A stretch of DNA of 64,000 nucleotides from Candidatus Heimdallarchaeum aukensis (GTDB taxonomy: Archaea > Asgardarchaeota > Heimdallarchaeia > Heimdallarchaeales > Heimdallarchaeaceae): the NCBI GenBank assembly GCA_021513695.1, contig CP084166.1, positions 928,001 through 992,000 of the forward strand, given 5' to 3'. Positions 51,931-61,754 of this stretch are shown here, in pieces. A program made the position numbers and the translations under genes. The stretch's first letter is position 1; every line of letters begins with the position of its first letter. The notes under the pieces were generated by a model, which was given only the letters and a program-made list of their open reading frames with translations, was not told the DNA's origin and ran no database searches.

Positions 51931-53958
51931 ATGATGTCAGAGAAAGTGAAAATCGGAGTTTATGTTTGTCATTGCGGCTTCAACATAGCTGAAATGGTAG
52001 ACGTAAAAAAAGTTGCTGAAGTGTTGGGAAAAGAAGAAGATGTGGAAGTTGCAAAAGATTTTATTTTTATGTGTTCTGACGCTGGGCAAAAGATGATTGA
52101 AAATGATATCAAAGAAAAGGGAATAAATAGGGTTATTGTTGCATCATGTTCTCCACTATTGCATGAAAAAACATTTCAAGGTGTTTTGGAGCGTGCAGGG
52201 CTAAATAAATTCCTCTTTGAACACATAAACATTAGAGAGCAAGTAAGTTGGGTAAGTAAAAACAAAGAGTCGGCTACAGAAAAGGCTATTCGTTTAATTA
52301 GAGGAGGAATAGCGAAAATACGGAAACAACAAGCTCTTGAACCAATTCTAAAGAAAGTGACTAAAAGTGTAGCAGTTATAGGAGGAGGAGTTGCAGGGCT
52401 AATTTCAGCAAAGAATTTGGGTGAAATGGGCGTTGATGTAACATTAATAGAAAAAAGTCCTTTTATTGGAGGAATGGTTGCAAGATGGGATAAATTGTTT
52501 CCAAACGATGAAAATGCTCAAGACATAGTTCGTAAACTAATAGAAGAAGTAAAAGATAATAAACATATACGGATTCTTACTAATTCTCAGATAGTGGGAG
52601 GAAAAGGGAGTTTAGGTGGATATTCTGTCACAATAGAGACAATTTCCAGAGGAATCAAAAGACTTCCAGAGAATATAGAAAACATTCTTTCTTCTTGCCC
52701 CATAGAAATAGACTCTCCTGAATCTTTTGGGTTAGAAAAAAGAAAAATTGTTTACAAACCAGAATACATATGCTATCCTGAAGAATATGCCATAGATTGG
52801 GATAATCTATCTGATGCAAAAGAACTAGAGAAATACAAAAAATGGGTTAAAGAGTCTAATCTTGAAGAAAAATTTGAATTAGAAAAAACAGTAACAAAAG
52901 AAGAAATTAATGTGGGAGCAATAATATTCGCTACTGGTTTTGAACCTTATGAACCTTATGAGGGAGAATATGGGTGGAAGAAGCATCCAAATGTTGTTAC
53001 TTTGCCACAATTAATAGAAATTCTAAAAAGAGTAGACAAAAATCAAACTCATTTCGTTTATAATGGGAAGGAAATTAAATCTGTAGCCTTTATTCATTGT
53101 GTTGGAAGTAGACAAATAGAAGGAGAAGATATCCCAGGACCTGATGGAAAGCTAAATACTTACTGCTCACGATATTGTTGTAATGCTACTATACATACAG
53201 CCAATGAATTGAAGAAACTTTACCCAAATTTACACGTTTATGAATTCTATCGTGATATTCGTACATATGGTCTTGACGATGAGGATATGTATACTAAAGC
53301 TTCCAAGAACGATGTTATATTTTTGAGATTTAACAATGAGTATAAACCAGAAGTTCAGATTTTAGAGAATGAAAAGTATAATTTTGTTATATCTGTAAAA
53401 GATCAATTAAGTTACTACGAAGAAGTTGACATACCAGCGGATATGGTAGTGTTAAGTGTTGGAATGGTTCCTCCACAGATAGATGATCTAGTATCTATTT
53501 TCACTGTCTCAAGAGGAAATGATGGTTTCCTACTTGAAGCTCATCCAAAACTAAAACCTGTTGAAACTTCTTCTGGTATTTTCCTTGCTGGAACAGCGCA
53601 AGGACCTATGAATGCAAGTGAAGCTGCTGCAGGAGCTACAGCAGCTGCAGTTAAAGTAGCAGCAGTGGTTTCTAAAGATGAGCTAGCTTTATCTCCATTT
53701 ATTGCTCGTGTTGACATTACAAAATGTGATGCTACTGGAAAATGTGTTGAAGTGTGTGAATATAATGCTATTGAAGTAACTGAGGTTGAAGTCGAAAAAG
53801 GAAAAGTGGAAAGAAAAGCGCAAGTTAATCCTACTTTATGTGTAGGAGGAGGAACATGTGTAAGCGCATGCCCTAACCAAGCTATTCGCATTGTTGGATG
53901 GACGAACGAGCAAATTGAAGATATGATTACTGCGATGATCAAGGAGGTTAAAGAATAA
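51931..53958 (+). CDS. HdrA-like flavoprotein (QmoB-like, full-length HdrA architecture).
   Basis: N-terminal IGVYVCHCGFNIAEMVDV. FAD motif VAVIGGGVAGLISAKNLGEMG. CVGSRQ..YCSRYCC. A C-terminal 2x[4Fe-4S] region (CVEVCEYNAI, CVGGGTCVSACP). Confidence 0.8.
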   Translation: MMSEKVKIGVYVCHCGFNIAEMVDVKKVAEVLGKEEDVEVAKDFIFMCSDAGQKMIENDIKEKGINRVIVASCSPLLHEKTFQGVLERAGLNKFLFEHINIREQVSWVSKNKESATEKAIRLIRGGIAKIRKQQALEPILKKVTKSVAVIGGGVAGLISAKNLGEMGVDVTLIEKSPFIGGMVARWDKLFPNDENAQDIVRKLIEEVKDNKHIRILTNSQIVGGKGSLGGYSVTIETISRGIKRLPENIENILSSCPIEIDSPESFGLEKRKIVYKPEYICYPEEYAIDWDNLSDAKELEKYKKWVKESNLEEKFELEKTVTKEEINVGAIIFATGFEPYEPYEGEYGWKKHPNVVTLPQLIEILKRVDKNQTHFVYNGKEIKSVAFIHCVGSRQIEGEDIPGPDGKLNTYCSRYCCNATIHTANELKKLYPNLHVYEFYRDIRTYGLDDEDMYTKASKNDVIFLRFNNEYKPEVQILENEKYNFVISVKDQLSYYEEVDIPADMVVLSVGMVPPQIDDLVSIFTVSRGNDGFLLEAHPKLKPVETSSGIFLAGTAQGPMNASEAAAGATAAAVKVAAVVSKDELALSPFIARVDITKCDATGKCVEVCEYNAIEVTEVEVEKGKVERKAQVNPTLCVGGGTCVSACPNQAIRIVGWTNEQIEDMITAMIKEVKE

Positions 53959-54260
53959 TGTCTGAAGAAAAATATGATTATCGAACAGCCCTAAAAAAGC
54001 TGAAAGAAAAAATGGGTGGAACAAAAGCTGAATTGTTAGAGAGAAACAAGCAAAGAAACAAAGACAAGAAACTAGTGGTACAAGCAATTAAGGAGGGTCT
54101 TTCAACTGTTCCTAAGGTTGCAGAGAAAACTGGTCTTCCAACAGATAGGGTGTTTTCTATAATTAACCAACTAGTAAAATATGAAGGGCTTGTGATGAAA
54201 GACAAGCGAAGCGAATATCCTGTGTATGGTTTTGTAGAAGAAGGTGAAAAAGATGAGTAA
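53958..54260 (+). CDS. Small wHTH-like protein (100 aa) between the HdrA-like and HdrC/E-like genes.
   Basis: An ORF translationally coupled on both sides. Confidence 0.4.
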   Translation: MSEEKYDYRTALKKLKEKMGGTKAELLERNKQRNKDKKLVVQAIKEGLSTVPKVAEKTGLPTDRVFSIINQLVKYEGLVMKDKRSEYPVYGFVEEGEKDE

Positions 54261-55473
54261 TATTACAGTTGATCTAAATCTAATTAAAGAAATTAAAAAA
54301 TATGGAGCATTTGATGTCTCTGCTTGCTTTAACTGCGGAACATGTACAGCAATTTGTCCTTTGACTGATGAAGAAGGTAATTTTCCAAGACGTATTATTA
54401 GATATGCACAATTAGGTCAAAAAGAAAAACTTGAAGGTTCAAAAGAGTTATGGTTATGTTATTACTGTGGTGAGTGTTCTGACACTTGCCCTCGTGAAGC
54501 AGATCCAGGAGAGTTCATGATGTCAGCAAGGAGATATGCAATAGCTAGTTATGATCCTACAGGTATCTCCAAACTTCTTTACAAATCTAAACTTTTTTCT
54601 GGTTTTATGGTCGCTTTAGTAGCATTTTTGGTAGGATTGGCTTTTTACATTGTACGTGGAAATGAGGTACACGCAGATTCTTTGCTTTTTGAAATCGATC
54701 CTGCTTATATTCATTGGGGTGGTTATGCTCTTATGGCATTTTTAGCCATAGTTGTAGTTGCTGAACTGTGGAAAATGACGACTAGGATTTATAAGAAGGA
54801 AAAAGAAAAACTGGAGAAAGAAGGAGTAGAAATAGATGAGAAAATTTTTCCAAAGCTTGTTAGATGGGTGAAAAATGCGTTTAACATTGTATTTGTTGAA
54901 TTTATAGCTCAAAAAAGATACTTTAGAAGAGAAAAAGTTGAAGAAGAAAAATGGATTTTTTCTAAATGGTTTATTCACTTAAACATAGTTCTTGGTTTTT
55001 CTGGATTATTTGTGGCAACTGCACTAGATTTCTTTTTAGATATTATAAACGTAAAGAAAACTCCAATCGGTGCAGTACCTTTATTCTATCCCACAAGATT
55101 GTTAGGAACAATTGCTGGATTAATGTTACTATATGGAATAATTCTCGCTTTCTTCTTTAGACTTAAGAAACAAGACTCTTCAAGAGAACATTCACGATTT
55201 TCTGATTGGTTTCTTTTATCCTTGCTTTTTGGACTAGCTGTTTCAGGATTTATACTAGAAATTCTAGTCTACTTTCCTTTAGCTAATGAACAATTTGCTT
55301 TCTGGACTTTTATTGTGCATGTGGTTTTTGCTGTAGAGATGATTATTTTTGCACCATTTTCAAAACTTGCTCATCTTATGTATAGAACCTATGCTCTTTG
55401 GATTTACAAAAATTTACAAACAGCACCCAAAAAATATCCAGAAATAGCTGATCTAATAATATATGAAGATTAA
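54244..55473 (+). CDS. HdrC-like 2x[4Fe-4S] domain fused to an HdrE/NarI-like membrane domain (QmoC-like).
   Basis: CFNCGTCTAICP and CYYCGECSDTCP, followed by 5-6 TM helices with conserved His residues. The real start is probably the ATG at 54256. Confidence 0.7.
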   Translation: MKKMSNITVDLNLIKEIKKYGAFDVSACFNCGTCTAICPLTDEEGNFPRRIIRYAQLGQKEKLEGSKELWLCYYCGECSDTCPREADPGEFMMSARRYAIASYDPTGISKLLYKSKLFSGFMVALVAFLVGLAFYIVRGNEVHADSLLFEIDPAYIHWGGYALMAFLAIVVVAELWKMTTRIYKKEKEKLEKEGVEIDEKIFPKLVRWVKNAFNIVFVEFIAQKRYFRREKVEEEKWIFSKWFIHLNIVLGFSGLFVATALDFFLDIINVKKTPIGAVPLFYPTRLLGTIAGLMLLYGIILAFFFRLKKQDSSREHSRFSDWFLLSLLFGLAVSGFILEILVYFPLANEQFAFWTFIVHVVFAVEMIIFAPFSKLAHLMYRTYALWIYKNLQTAPKKYPEIADLIIYED

Positions 55474-55497
55474 AGAGAAAATCTTTTTCTCTTTTTT

Positions 55498-56217
55498 TTA
55501 GAATTTTCCAAGATAATTTTCAATTTCTGGAACTTCTGACAATTTGGAAGAAGGACCAAAAAATAGTGTTTCTCCCCTATTTAGAAACAGAACATTGTCA
55601 GACCAATTTTCAATTAATAATCGTGAATGACTAGTAAAAATTAATGTCTTACCTTTTTCAATCACATCTTTTTCCAAAATTTCCTGCAAGGATTTTCTAG
55701 TTGGATAATCAATATTAGCAAAAGGTTCATCCAAAACAATTATTGAAGGATCCATAACTAAAACTCCTGCAATAGCTACTCTTTTCCTTTGCCCAAAAGA
55801 GAGTCTGAAAGGAGAATGATCCTTATATTCTCTTAAATCCACAATTTCCAAAGCTTTTTCTACTTTTTCTTCCACTTCTTCTTCAGTAAAACCTAAATTC
55901 CTAGGCCAAAAGGCTACATCTTCATATACGCTTGCAGAAAAAACTTGTGAATCAGGGTTTTGAAAAACGAATCCTACTCTTTTTCTAATTTCTTTAATTG
56001 TTTCTCTATTTAATTCAAGTTCTTGAACCTTTATTCTTCCTTTCTGGTGAAATTCAAGTCCAAGTAGTAATCTTAACAGAGTTGTTTTACCAGCTCCATT
56101 ATTTCCACAAATAGCAAATTTTTCTCCAATATTAATTGTAAAAGAGAGATTCTTTAACGCAAAAGATTTGTCTGGATACTCAAAGTGAACGTTTTCAAAA
56201 ACTATTTCATGATGCAT
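55498..56217 (-). CDS. cbiO: ECF/cobalt ABC transporter ATPase (CbiO-like).
   Basis: ICGNNGAGKTTLLR, LSFGQRKRV and VLDEPFANID. Confidence 0.8.
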   Translation of the reverse strand: MHHEIVFENVHFEYPDKSFALKNLSFTINIGEKFAICGNNGAGKTTLLRLLLGLEFHQKGRIKVQELELNRETIKEIRKRVGFVFQNPDSQVFSASVYEDVAFWPRNLGFTEEEVEEKVEKALEIVDLREYKDHSPFRLSFGQRKRVAIAGVLVMDPSIIVLDEPFANIDYPTRKSLQEILEKDVIEKGKTLIFTSHSRLLIENWSDNVLFLNRGETLFFGPSSKLSEVPEIENYLGKF

Positions 56218-56984
56218 TTTTGAATAATACCTCCTGATATTAGACTAAAAAGAGTACTAATGAAAATGAGAAAAAGAAAATCTGCAATTGTTACTCTTTC
56301 TCGTTTTATAAGTAAATTATCTTCTAAACCTCGAAGAACCATTGCTTCGTAAACCTCTGTTCCATGTTTAATAGATTTTATAAGAATCCCACCCATCAAA
56401 GCCGCAGCAGCTTGAAACTTCCTTTTTCTTGATGCAGAATCTAATCCTCTCATCTTTTGAGCTGTTCTAATGTTTTCTCCTTCTTCAACAAGAAGAGGAG
56501 TATAACGCAACATAAGTAAAATGATAGTAACAATAATATTAGGAATAAAAAGACTGCGAAGACTCTGAATAAATTGTTGCATTGTCACACAAGTCGTATA
56601 CAGAGTAATTACAGAAACAGAGAAAATACCTCTAACCCAGATAAATAGAGCTCTATTTAATCCGTCGGAATAAATCTCAAAATTAATACCAATAAAGGAA
56701 TTTGAATAAATTACTTCTCCAAGTTTTAGAAATAAAGATGGAATACCTAAAAAGAAAATTAAAACTGAAGCTGGAATTATAAGCCTAATAGTTCTTACAA
56801 TTGAAGCTTTTATTGACAAAAAGAAAATTAAGGCTCCTAAGTAAATAATAAAAATGTTAAACAAATTGTTACTTAATAAAAATAAAACGATTACTAATAT
56901 GGTAAAGATAAGTAGTGCAACAGAAGAGAATATTCTCTGATTTTTCTTATCACTAAATGGAAATAAAAATTTTGTATTGTTCAT
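56202..56984 (-). CDS. cbiQ: ECF transporter transmembrane (T) component, CbiQ-like.
   Basis: A polytopic membrane protein that overlaps cbiO and lies next to cbiM. Confidence 0.7.
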   Translation of the reverse strand: MNNTKFLFPFSDKKNQRIFSSVALLIFTILVIVLFLLSNNLFNIFIIYLGALIFFLSIKASIVRTIRLIIPASVLIFFLGIPSLFLKLGEVIYSNSFIGINFEIYSDGLNRALFIWVRGIFSVSVITLYTTCVTMQQFIQSLRSLFIPNIIVTIILLMLRYTPLLVEEGENIRTAQKMRGLDSASRKRKFQAAAALMGGILIKSIKHGTEVYEAMVLRGLEDNLLIKRERVTIADFLFLIFISTLFSLISGGIIQKCIMK

Positions 56985-57051
56985 CGCTTATTCTCTTTTT
57001 GCTTATAAAGAAAAAAAAATAAAGAGTTATTAACTCTTACTTTTTTTAAGA

Positions 57052-58053
57052 TTATTCACCTTTTTCTTGGACAGCTTTTTGTCCTTTTTTGAATTTATAA
57101 AGCCTGAATCTGTAAAGTAAGTAGCTAAATCCAATTAGTACGAAGAAGAGTATGATCATTACAATTGCCATAGCCAAGATATCCCAACCTAACCCTTCAG
57201 GAAAGCCAAATATTCCGGATTCAAGAACTGTAACATCGATACCATTTTCAGAAAGAACTTCAAAAGTTTTCTCTAGTCCATCAGGATTACTGCTGGCTAC
57301 TATACCAAAAATAGACATTACGGCAAAAGAAGCAAAAGTAGCAATACCCGCCCAAATAGGTATTCTAAATTTGGGTTCTGCTTCTTCAGTTCTTTTGGTA
57401 AAGAATAAGGCACTTCTTGCATCTTCGAATAAACTTGGTTCTGCTCTGAAAACAAAGAAAACTATAGCAAAAGTGATTAAACCCTCAGCTACCCCAATTA
57501 TTGAATGTAAGATTAGCATCCATGAGAATATTAGACCTGCAGCTGCACTCTGAGCAAGAGTAAGCTCAATTGAAGCAAATAAAGCCATACATATTGTTGA
57601 AAAGAAAGCAGCGATTCCAGCAGCAATGGCAAACTTCTTTCTATCTTCCTTCCATTTATCAGGTAGGAAATAGTAAATTGCATAAGTAGTAAAAGCACCT
57701 ATTATAGCCATGTTAATAACATTGGCACCATAAGCTAAGAAACCTCCATCTCCAAACATTGCTTGAACAATGAGTATTGAAGAGATGATGAGTATACCAA
57801 CCCATGGGCCAACAAGCGTCGTAGCTAAAGCTGTTCCTATTAAATGTCCGCTTGAACCAAAAGGAACAGGAAAGTTAAACATCTGTGCGGCGAATAATCC
57901 TGCAGCTAAAACTCCTACTAGAGGAATTTGCTTCATCGTTAATCTTGATCTACTTTGCCATATGGCAACTAGTATCATGATTACGGCAATAACTAAATAG
58001 ACAATTGCTTGTCCTATCGGTAAGATTCCATCAGGCATGTGCATGAGTAACAC
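57052..58053 (-). CDS. cbiM: Cobalt/nickel ECF transporter substrate component CbiM, with a C-terminal CbiN-like extension.
   Basis: The N-terminal MHMPDG (the Met-His N-terminus characteristic of CbiM) implies that the real start is the 4th codon, at 58044. The CbiM core has ~230 aa and is followed by ~100 extra aa with TM helices. Confidence 0.8.
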   Translation of the reverse strand: MLLMHMPDGILPIGQAIVYLVIAVIMILVAIWQSRSRLTMKQIPLVGVLAAGLFAAQMFNFPVPFGSSGHLIGTALATTLVGPWVGILIISSILIVQAMFGDGGFLAYGANVINMAIIGAFTTYAIYYFLPDKWKEDRKKFAIAAGIAAFFSTICMALFASIELTLAQSAAAGLIFSWMLILHSIIGVAEGLITFAIVFFVFRAEPSLFEDARSALFFTKRTEEAEPKFRIPIWAGIATFASFAVMSIFGIVASSNPDGLEKTFEVLSENGIDVTVLESGIFGFPEGLGWDILAMAIVMIILFFVLIGFSYLLYRFRLYKFKKGQKAVQEKGE

Positions 58054-58165
58054 CTTTTTTGAATTCGTGTTACCAGATTTTATCTAATATATAAATCTAT
58101 TGGAAAAGAGTAGAGCAAAGAGAAAAGAAAAAAAAATAAATAAAGTTGAAAAATAGAACAAAAAT

Positions 58166-58471
58166 ATGAACGGTAAAACAAAGATCATTGCAGAACTAGT
58201 AATCTCTCCTGTGGGCGAAGGAACTAGCCTTTCAAAATATGTTAAAGAAGCAGTAAAAGTAATTGAATCGTTTCCTAATATAAGAGTGGAACATCATTCT
58301 ATGGGGACAAATATTGAAGCTGATGATATAGACACAATTCTTGAAGTTACAAAAAAAGCGCATGAATCTCTATTCAAAATTGGCTGTCAAAGAGTAGTAA
58401 CGACATTAAAAATAGATGACAGAAGAGATAAACCCAGAAAAATGGAAGATAAGGTAAAAGCATTACATTAA
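58166..58471 (+). CDS. MTH1187/YkoF-family small protein.
   Basis: 101 aa with IAELVISPVGEGTSLSKYV typical of the DUF77/MTH1187 fold. Confidence 0.6.
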   Translation: MNGKTKIIAELVISPVGEGTSLSKYVKEAVKVIESFPNIRVEHHSMGTNIEADDIDTILEVTKKAHESLFKIGCQRVVTTLKIDDRRDKPRKMEDKVKALH

Positions 58472-58861
58472 TTATTTTCTATAAGCATTAATAATAGGCT
58501 GTAGAATATTGCTAATTCTTAACTCGATAAGATTAATCAACTCTTCTAATTTTTTCTTTCCTTCTTCAGTGATTTGGTATAATCTTGTTTTTCTTTTATC
58601 CTCTGTTAAAACAGAAATAACTAGGCCCTCTTTCTCTAATTTTCTCAATTCAGGGTATAAAGTACCCGATTTCAATTTAACAAGATCATTTGTTAAACTT
58701 CTAATGCTTTTAATTAAAGAGTAGCCTGATGAATTAGGTTTTTTTTGTAAACAAATAAGAATAAGTGTCCTTGTGATTGGTAAACTTTCAATTGTTTTAA
58801 ATTTGGACAATAAAGATTTTTGCCCATCTTTTTCTATGTGCTTTTTTTTCATTCTCTGCAA
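58472..58861 (-). CDS. PadR-family transcriptional regulator.
   Basis: GTLYPELRKLEKEGLVIS wHTH typical of PadR. Confidence 0.65.
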   Translation of the reverse strand: MQRMKKKHIEKDGQKSLLSKFKTIESLPITRTLILICLQKKPNSSGYSLIKSIRSLTNDLVKLKSGTLYPELRKLEKEGLVISVLTEDKRKTRLYQITEEGKKKLEELINLIELRISNILQPIINAYRK

Positions 58862-58911
58862 CTCAGTATTATTTGTGATTATAAAGAAGGTAAAAAAAAT
58901 TTTGTGGTTAA

Positions 58912-59391
58912 TTAACTAACTGGGATTCTTGCAATTAAACCACTTAAAACAAGAACAGTTATTCCGAAAATAATATTCACGATAAGAAGAACAAAGTTTA
59001 GTTTCTCAGTTGTCTTTTTGTTTTTAAAGGATATTTTCTTAATAAATATGCTCCTGAACAGCGCTGTTATTACCATAAGTAATACAATTATGTGCTTAAT
59101 TGATAGCATTACCCCATAGTTTGTTGAAAAACTCATTAGACCACTGAAATTTGGAGATGCCTTTCCTAAAGGTAGTCCAGTTATAATTAACCCTATAATG
59201 CTAATGTATGTGGTTATACTAAGTTTCTTCTTTATATTTTCTAATAGTTTCTTTCTTTCTTGTTCTTTTTCAATTGTTTTTCTTACAGCAGGTAAAACCG
59301 CAAGAAACAGAGCTAACATTCCACCTATCCACATAGCTGTAAATAAATCGTGTAATGCCGATATTATTCCCATAAATACCCAACTTGCCAT
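58912..59391 (-). CDS. Membrane protein (4 TM) of unknown function.
   Basis: Hydrophobic helices. Co-directional with the PadR gene. Confidence 0.45.
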   Translation of the reverse strand: MASWVFMGIISALHDLFTAMWIGGMLALFLAVLPAVRKTIEKEQERKKLLENIKKKLSITTYISIIGLIITGLPLGKASPNFSGLMSFSTNYGVMLSIKHIIVLLMVITALFRSIFIKKISFKNKKTTEKLNFVLLIVNIIFGITVLVLSGLIARIPVS

Positions 59392-59560
59392 AAAATCACC
59401 ATGTTATGTTGTTAATCAACATGTAGGGTCTCTACATATAAAGTTTACTCTTAAACGCTTGAATGATGAATGGAAGAAAATTGTAAATCTGAAAAATTGT
59501 TTTAAAAAATCCAATTTTAAGATAAATCTAAAAAAGAAAAAGTTAGAGAAAAGTTAAGTT

Positions 59561-60085
59561 TTAAAGTGTTTTTCTCTTTTTTCTAAGGGTAAGTAACCCA
59601 CTAACAAGTAGTAGTCCCGATAGAGTAATGATAAGGGTATATCCTGGTACTTTTGAAGTAAGAACTAGACTCAGTACAATTGTTACATTGACTTCTCCTG
59701 TTGATATTGCTCCATTAGAAGTGATGTTTGCATTTTCTATCACAATGTAACGAACAACATCTTCTGTTTGAGTGATGTTGAATTCTATCAGTGAGGTATT
59801 AGTATATAGGTGTTCAGCTGTATACGCTGTTGGGTTACCATGAAATGTAGAATTGTAGTTTAGAAAATTCTCTTCATCTAATATTAAAAGGTCGATATTT
59901 TGTGTGCTGTTTACTTTAAGATGGTAAGTATTGTCTTTTTCTATTACTGCTCTTAATCCGTAGTAACTATCTTGAGGCATAGCTTCTGTATTATTGAACA
60001 GTTCTCTTTCAAGTGCGAGAGCAGGCAAAGCGCTAATTAAAACAATGAACCAGCTTATAATTAGAATTTTTATTTTTTTATTCAT
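59561..60085 (-). CDS. Secreted protein with a C-terminal TM anchor. Unknown function.
   Basis: An N-terminal signal/TM, an N-glycosylation-sequon-rich ectodomain, and a C-terminal TM followed by RKKRKTL. Confidence 0.45.
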   Translation of the reverse strand: MNKKIKILIISWFIVLISALPALALERELFNNTEAMPQDSYYGLRAVIEKDNTYHLKVNSTQNIDLLILDEENFLNYNSTFHGNPTAYTAEHLYTNTSLIEFNITQTEDVVRYIVIENANITSNGAISTGEVNVTIVLSLVLTSKVPGYTLIITLSGLLLVSGLLTLRKKRKTL

Positions 60086-60095
60086 TTTTATCCCT

Positions 60096-61514
60096 CTAGT
60101 AATTTCTTGCAGCTCTTTCTGGTTTGACTAAAGCGATAATTGCCAAACCAATGATCAACATTAAGCCTATGAATAGTAGTGCTAATGCATATGTCTTATA
60201 GTTCCATGTCCTATAGAATATCAAAAATGTAGCACCCCATATTAAAGGTCCAACAGCGGAACTAAGTTTACCACTGAATTTAGAAAAGCCAAAGTATTCT
60301 CCAAACTTCTCCTTTGGTGCAAGCGTCGCTATCATAGCTCGTTGACATACCCATGTTCCTCCAAGAGCTGGACCTGCTAACACTCCCATCAAGATTATCA
60401 TTATAAAAGGAAAGTTAGCACCGATTTCTACTGGAGACCATAACATTATTCCTACAAATCCAATTATGACAGCAGCAATCCAGAGTCCACCAACCAAGAA
60501 AAATGCATTTTTAGCACCTTTTTTATCTGCAAACATACCTACAAAGTAAGTAAATATTACTGCAGAAATTGTAGAAAGCACGATGAATACCATTCCAAAC
60601 GTCTCTGACATTAATAGTCCATCTCTAACAATTGGAAACATATATGCAACTATTACATTTGCAGCATCGACGAATAAGAAGTAACCAATAATGAAAATGA
60701 ACATCTCTCTGTGGGTCTTGATTTCCTTGAATGTTGTCTTCAGTTGTCTAAATGCTTGTTTTATCAGTTGCATCGTAGGTGGTTTTTCACCTTTTTTCTG
60801 CCTTTCTTTAACAAATAAGAAAGGTATTGCAAATACAAGAAACATACCCATAGCGATCAAAAATGGCCAAGGTACTCCATAATAACCATATTGTAACTGT
60901 ACTGGAGGCTTGTAAGAGGCAATTTCAGCTACTTTGGGTAATTGACTTATTGGCGTTCCCCATATGCCTTCACAAATAATCATAACAGGTAAAGATAGTA
61001 AAGTACCAAAGTATCCAAAAGCAACACCAAAGGCTCCAACTTTACCAACATCTTTAGGTGCAGCTATAAATGCTAACATTGCATCGTAGTAAGCAAGACT
61101 CCATTGATAACTAACGTTCGCAATAACATAAAATATCAGTACTAGTGTTAAATTGTGCCAAAAGCCTAAAAGGCTTGCAAATAAGAGTATTGCAAATGTT
61201 AACCCTACTACAAATGGTTTTCTTTTTCCTGCTGAATCGCTAACAGCTCCCATCACAGGCATGCTAAAAGCAATTATGATTTGCATCGCAGCAACAACAC
61301 CACTAAAAATAGCATTAGCTTTATCGTAACTAAGACCGTTTTCAAGTTGTCCAACGATTAAAACGTAGCGGTTGATTATTAGTGAAACAATAACCATACT
61401 GTATATAGTATTTGCCAAATCATACATGCTCCATTTAAAAACATTAAGCCAAGAAGTGTTAGATTCTACCTCCACTTCTGTTTCTAGCGAAGTAACTTTT
61501 TTTTCATTTGACAT
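60096..61514 (-). CDS. MFS transporter.
   Basis: 12 predicted TM helices. 472 aa. Confidence 0.65.
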   Translation of the reverse strand: MSNEKKVTSLETEVEVESNTSWLNVFKWSMYDLANTIYSMVIVSLIINRYVLIVGQLENGLSYDKANAIFSGVVAAMQIIIAFSMPVMGAVSDSAGKRKPFVVGLTFAILLFASLLGFWHNLTLVLIFYVIANVSYQWSLAYYDAMLAFIAAPKDVGKVGAFGVAFGYFGTLLSLPVMIICEGIWGTPISQLPKVAEIASYKPPVQLQYGYYGVPWPFLIAMGMFLVFAIPFLFVKERQKKGEKPPTMQLIKQAFRQLKTTFKEIKTHREMFIFIIGYFLFVDAANVIVAYMFPIVRDGLLMSETFGMVFIVLSTISAVIFTYFVGMFADKKGAKNAFFLVGGLWIAAVIIGFVGIMLWSPVEIGANFPFIMIILMGVLAGPALGGTWVCQRAMIATLAPKEKFGEYFGFSKFSGKLSSAVGPLIWGATFLIFYRTWNYKTYALALLFIGLMLIIGLAIIALVKPERAARNY

Positions 61515-61754
61515 GACTGTTTTTTTTATTACTGATTTATAAAAATTGTCGCTATCTTTGTTAATTTCTAAATGAATATTTCTTAATTAATTTGGTTATT
61601 TGTTATTAGTTGAACTATGAATTTCTAACTTTTATTATCGATTATTTCTATGCAAGTAAATTTCAAAAAAAGATACAACTATAATATTGAAGTAATTAAT
61701 AGTTGTTTAGTATTTTTTTCTGATTTTCTACTTTTTTCAATTTATTATTTCTAA

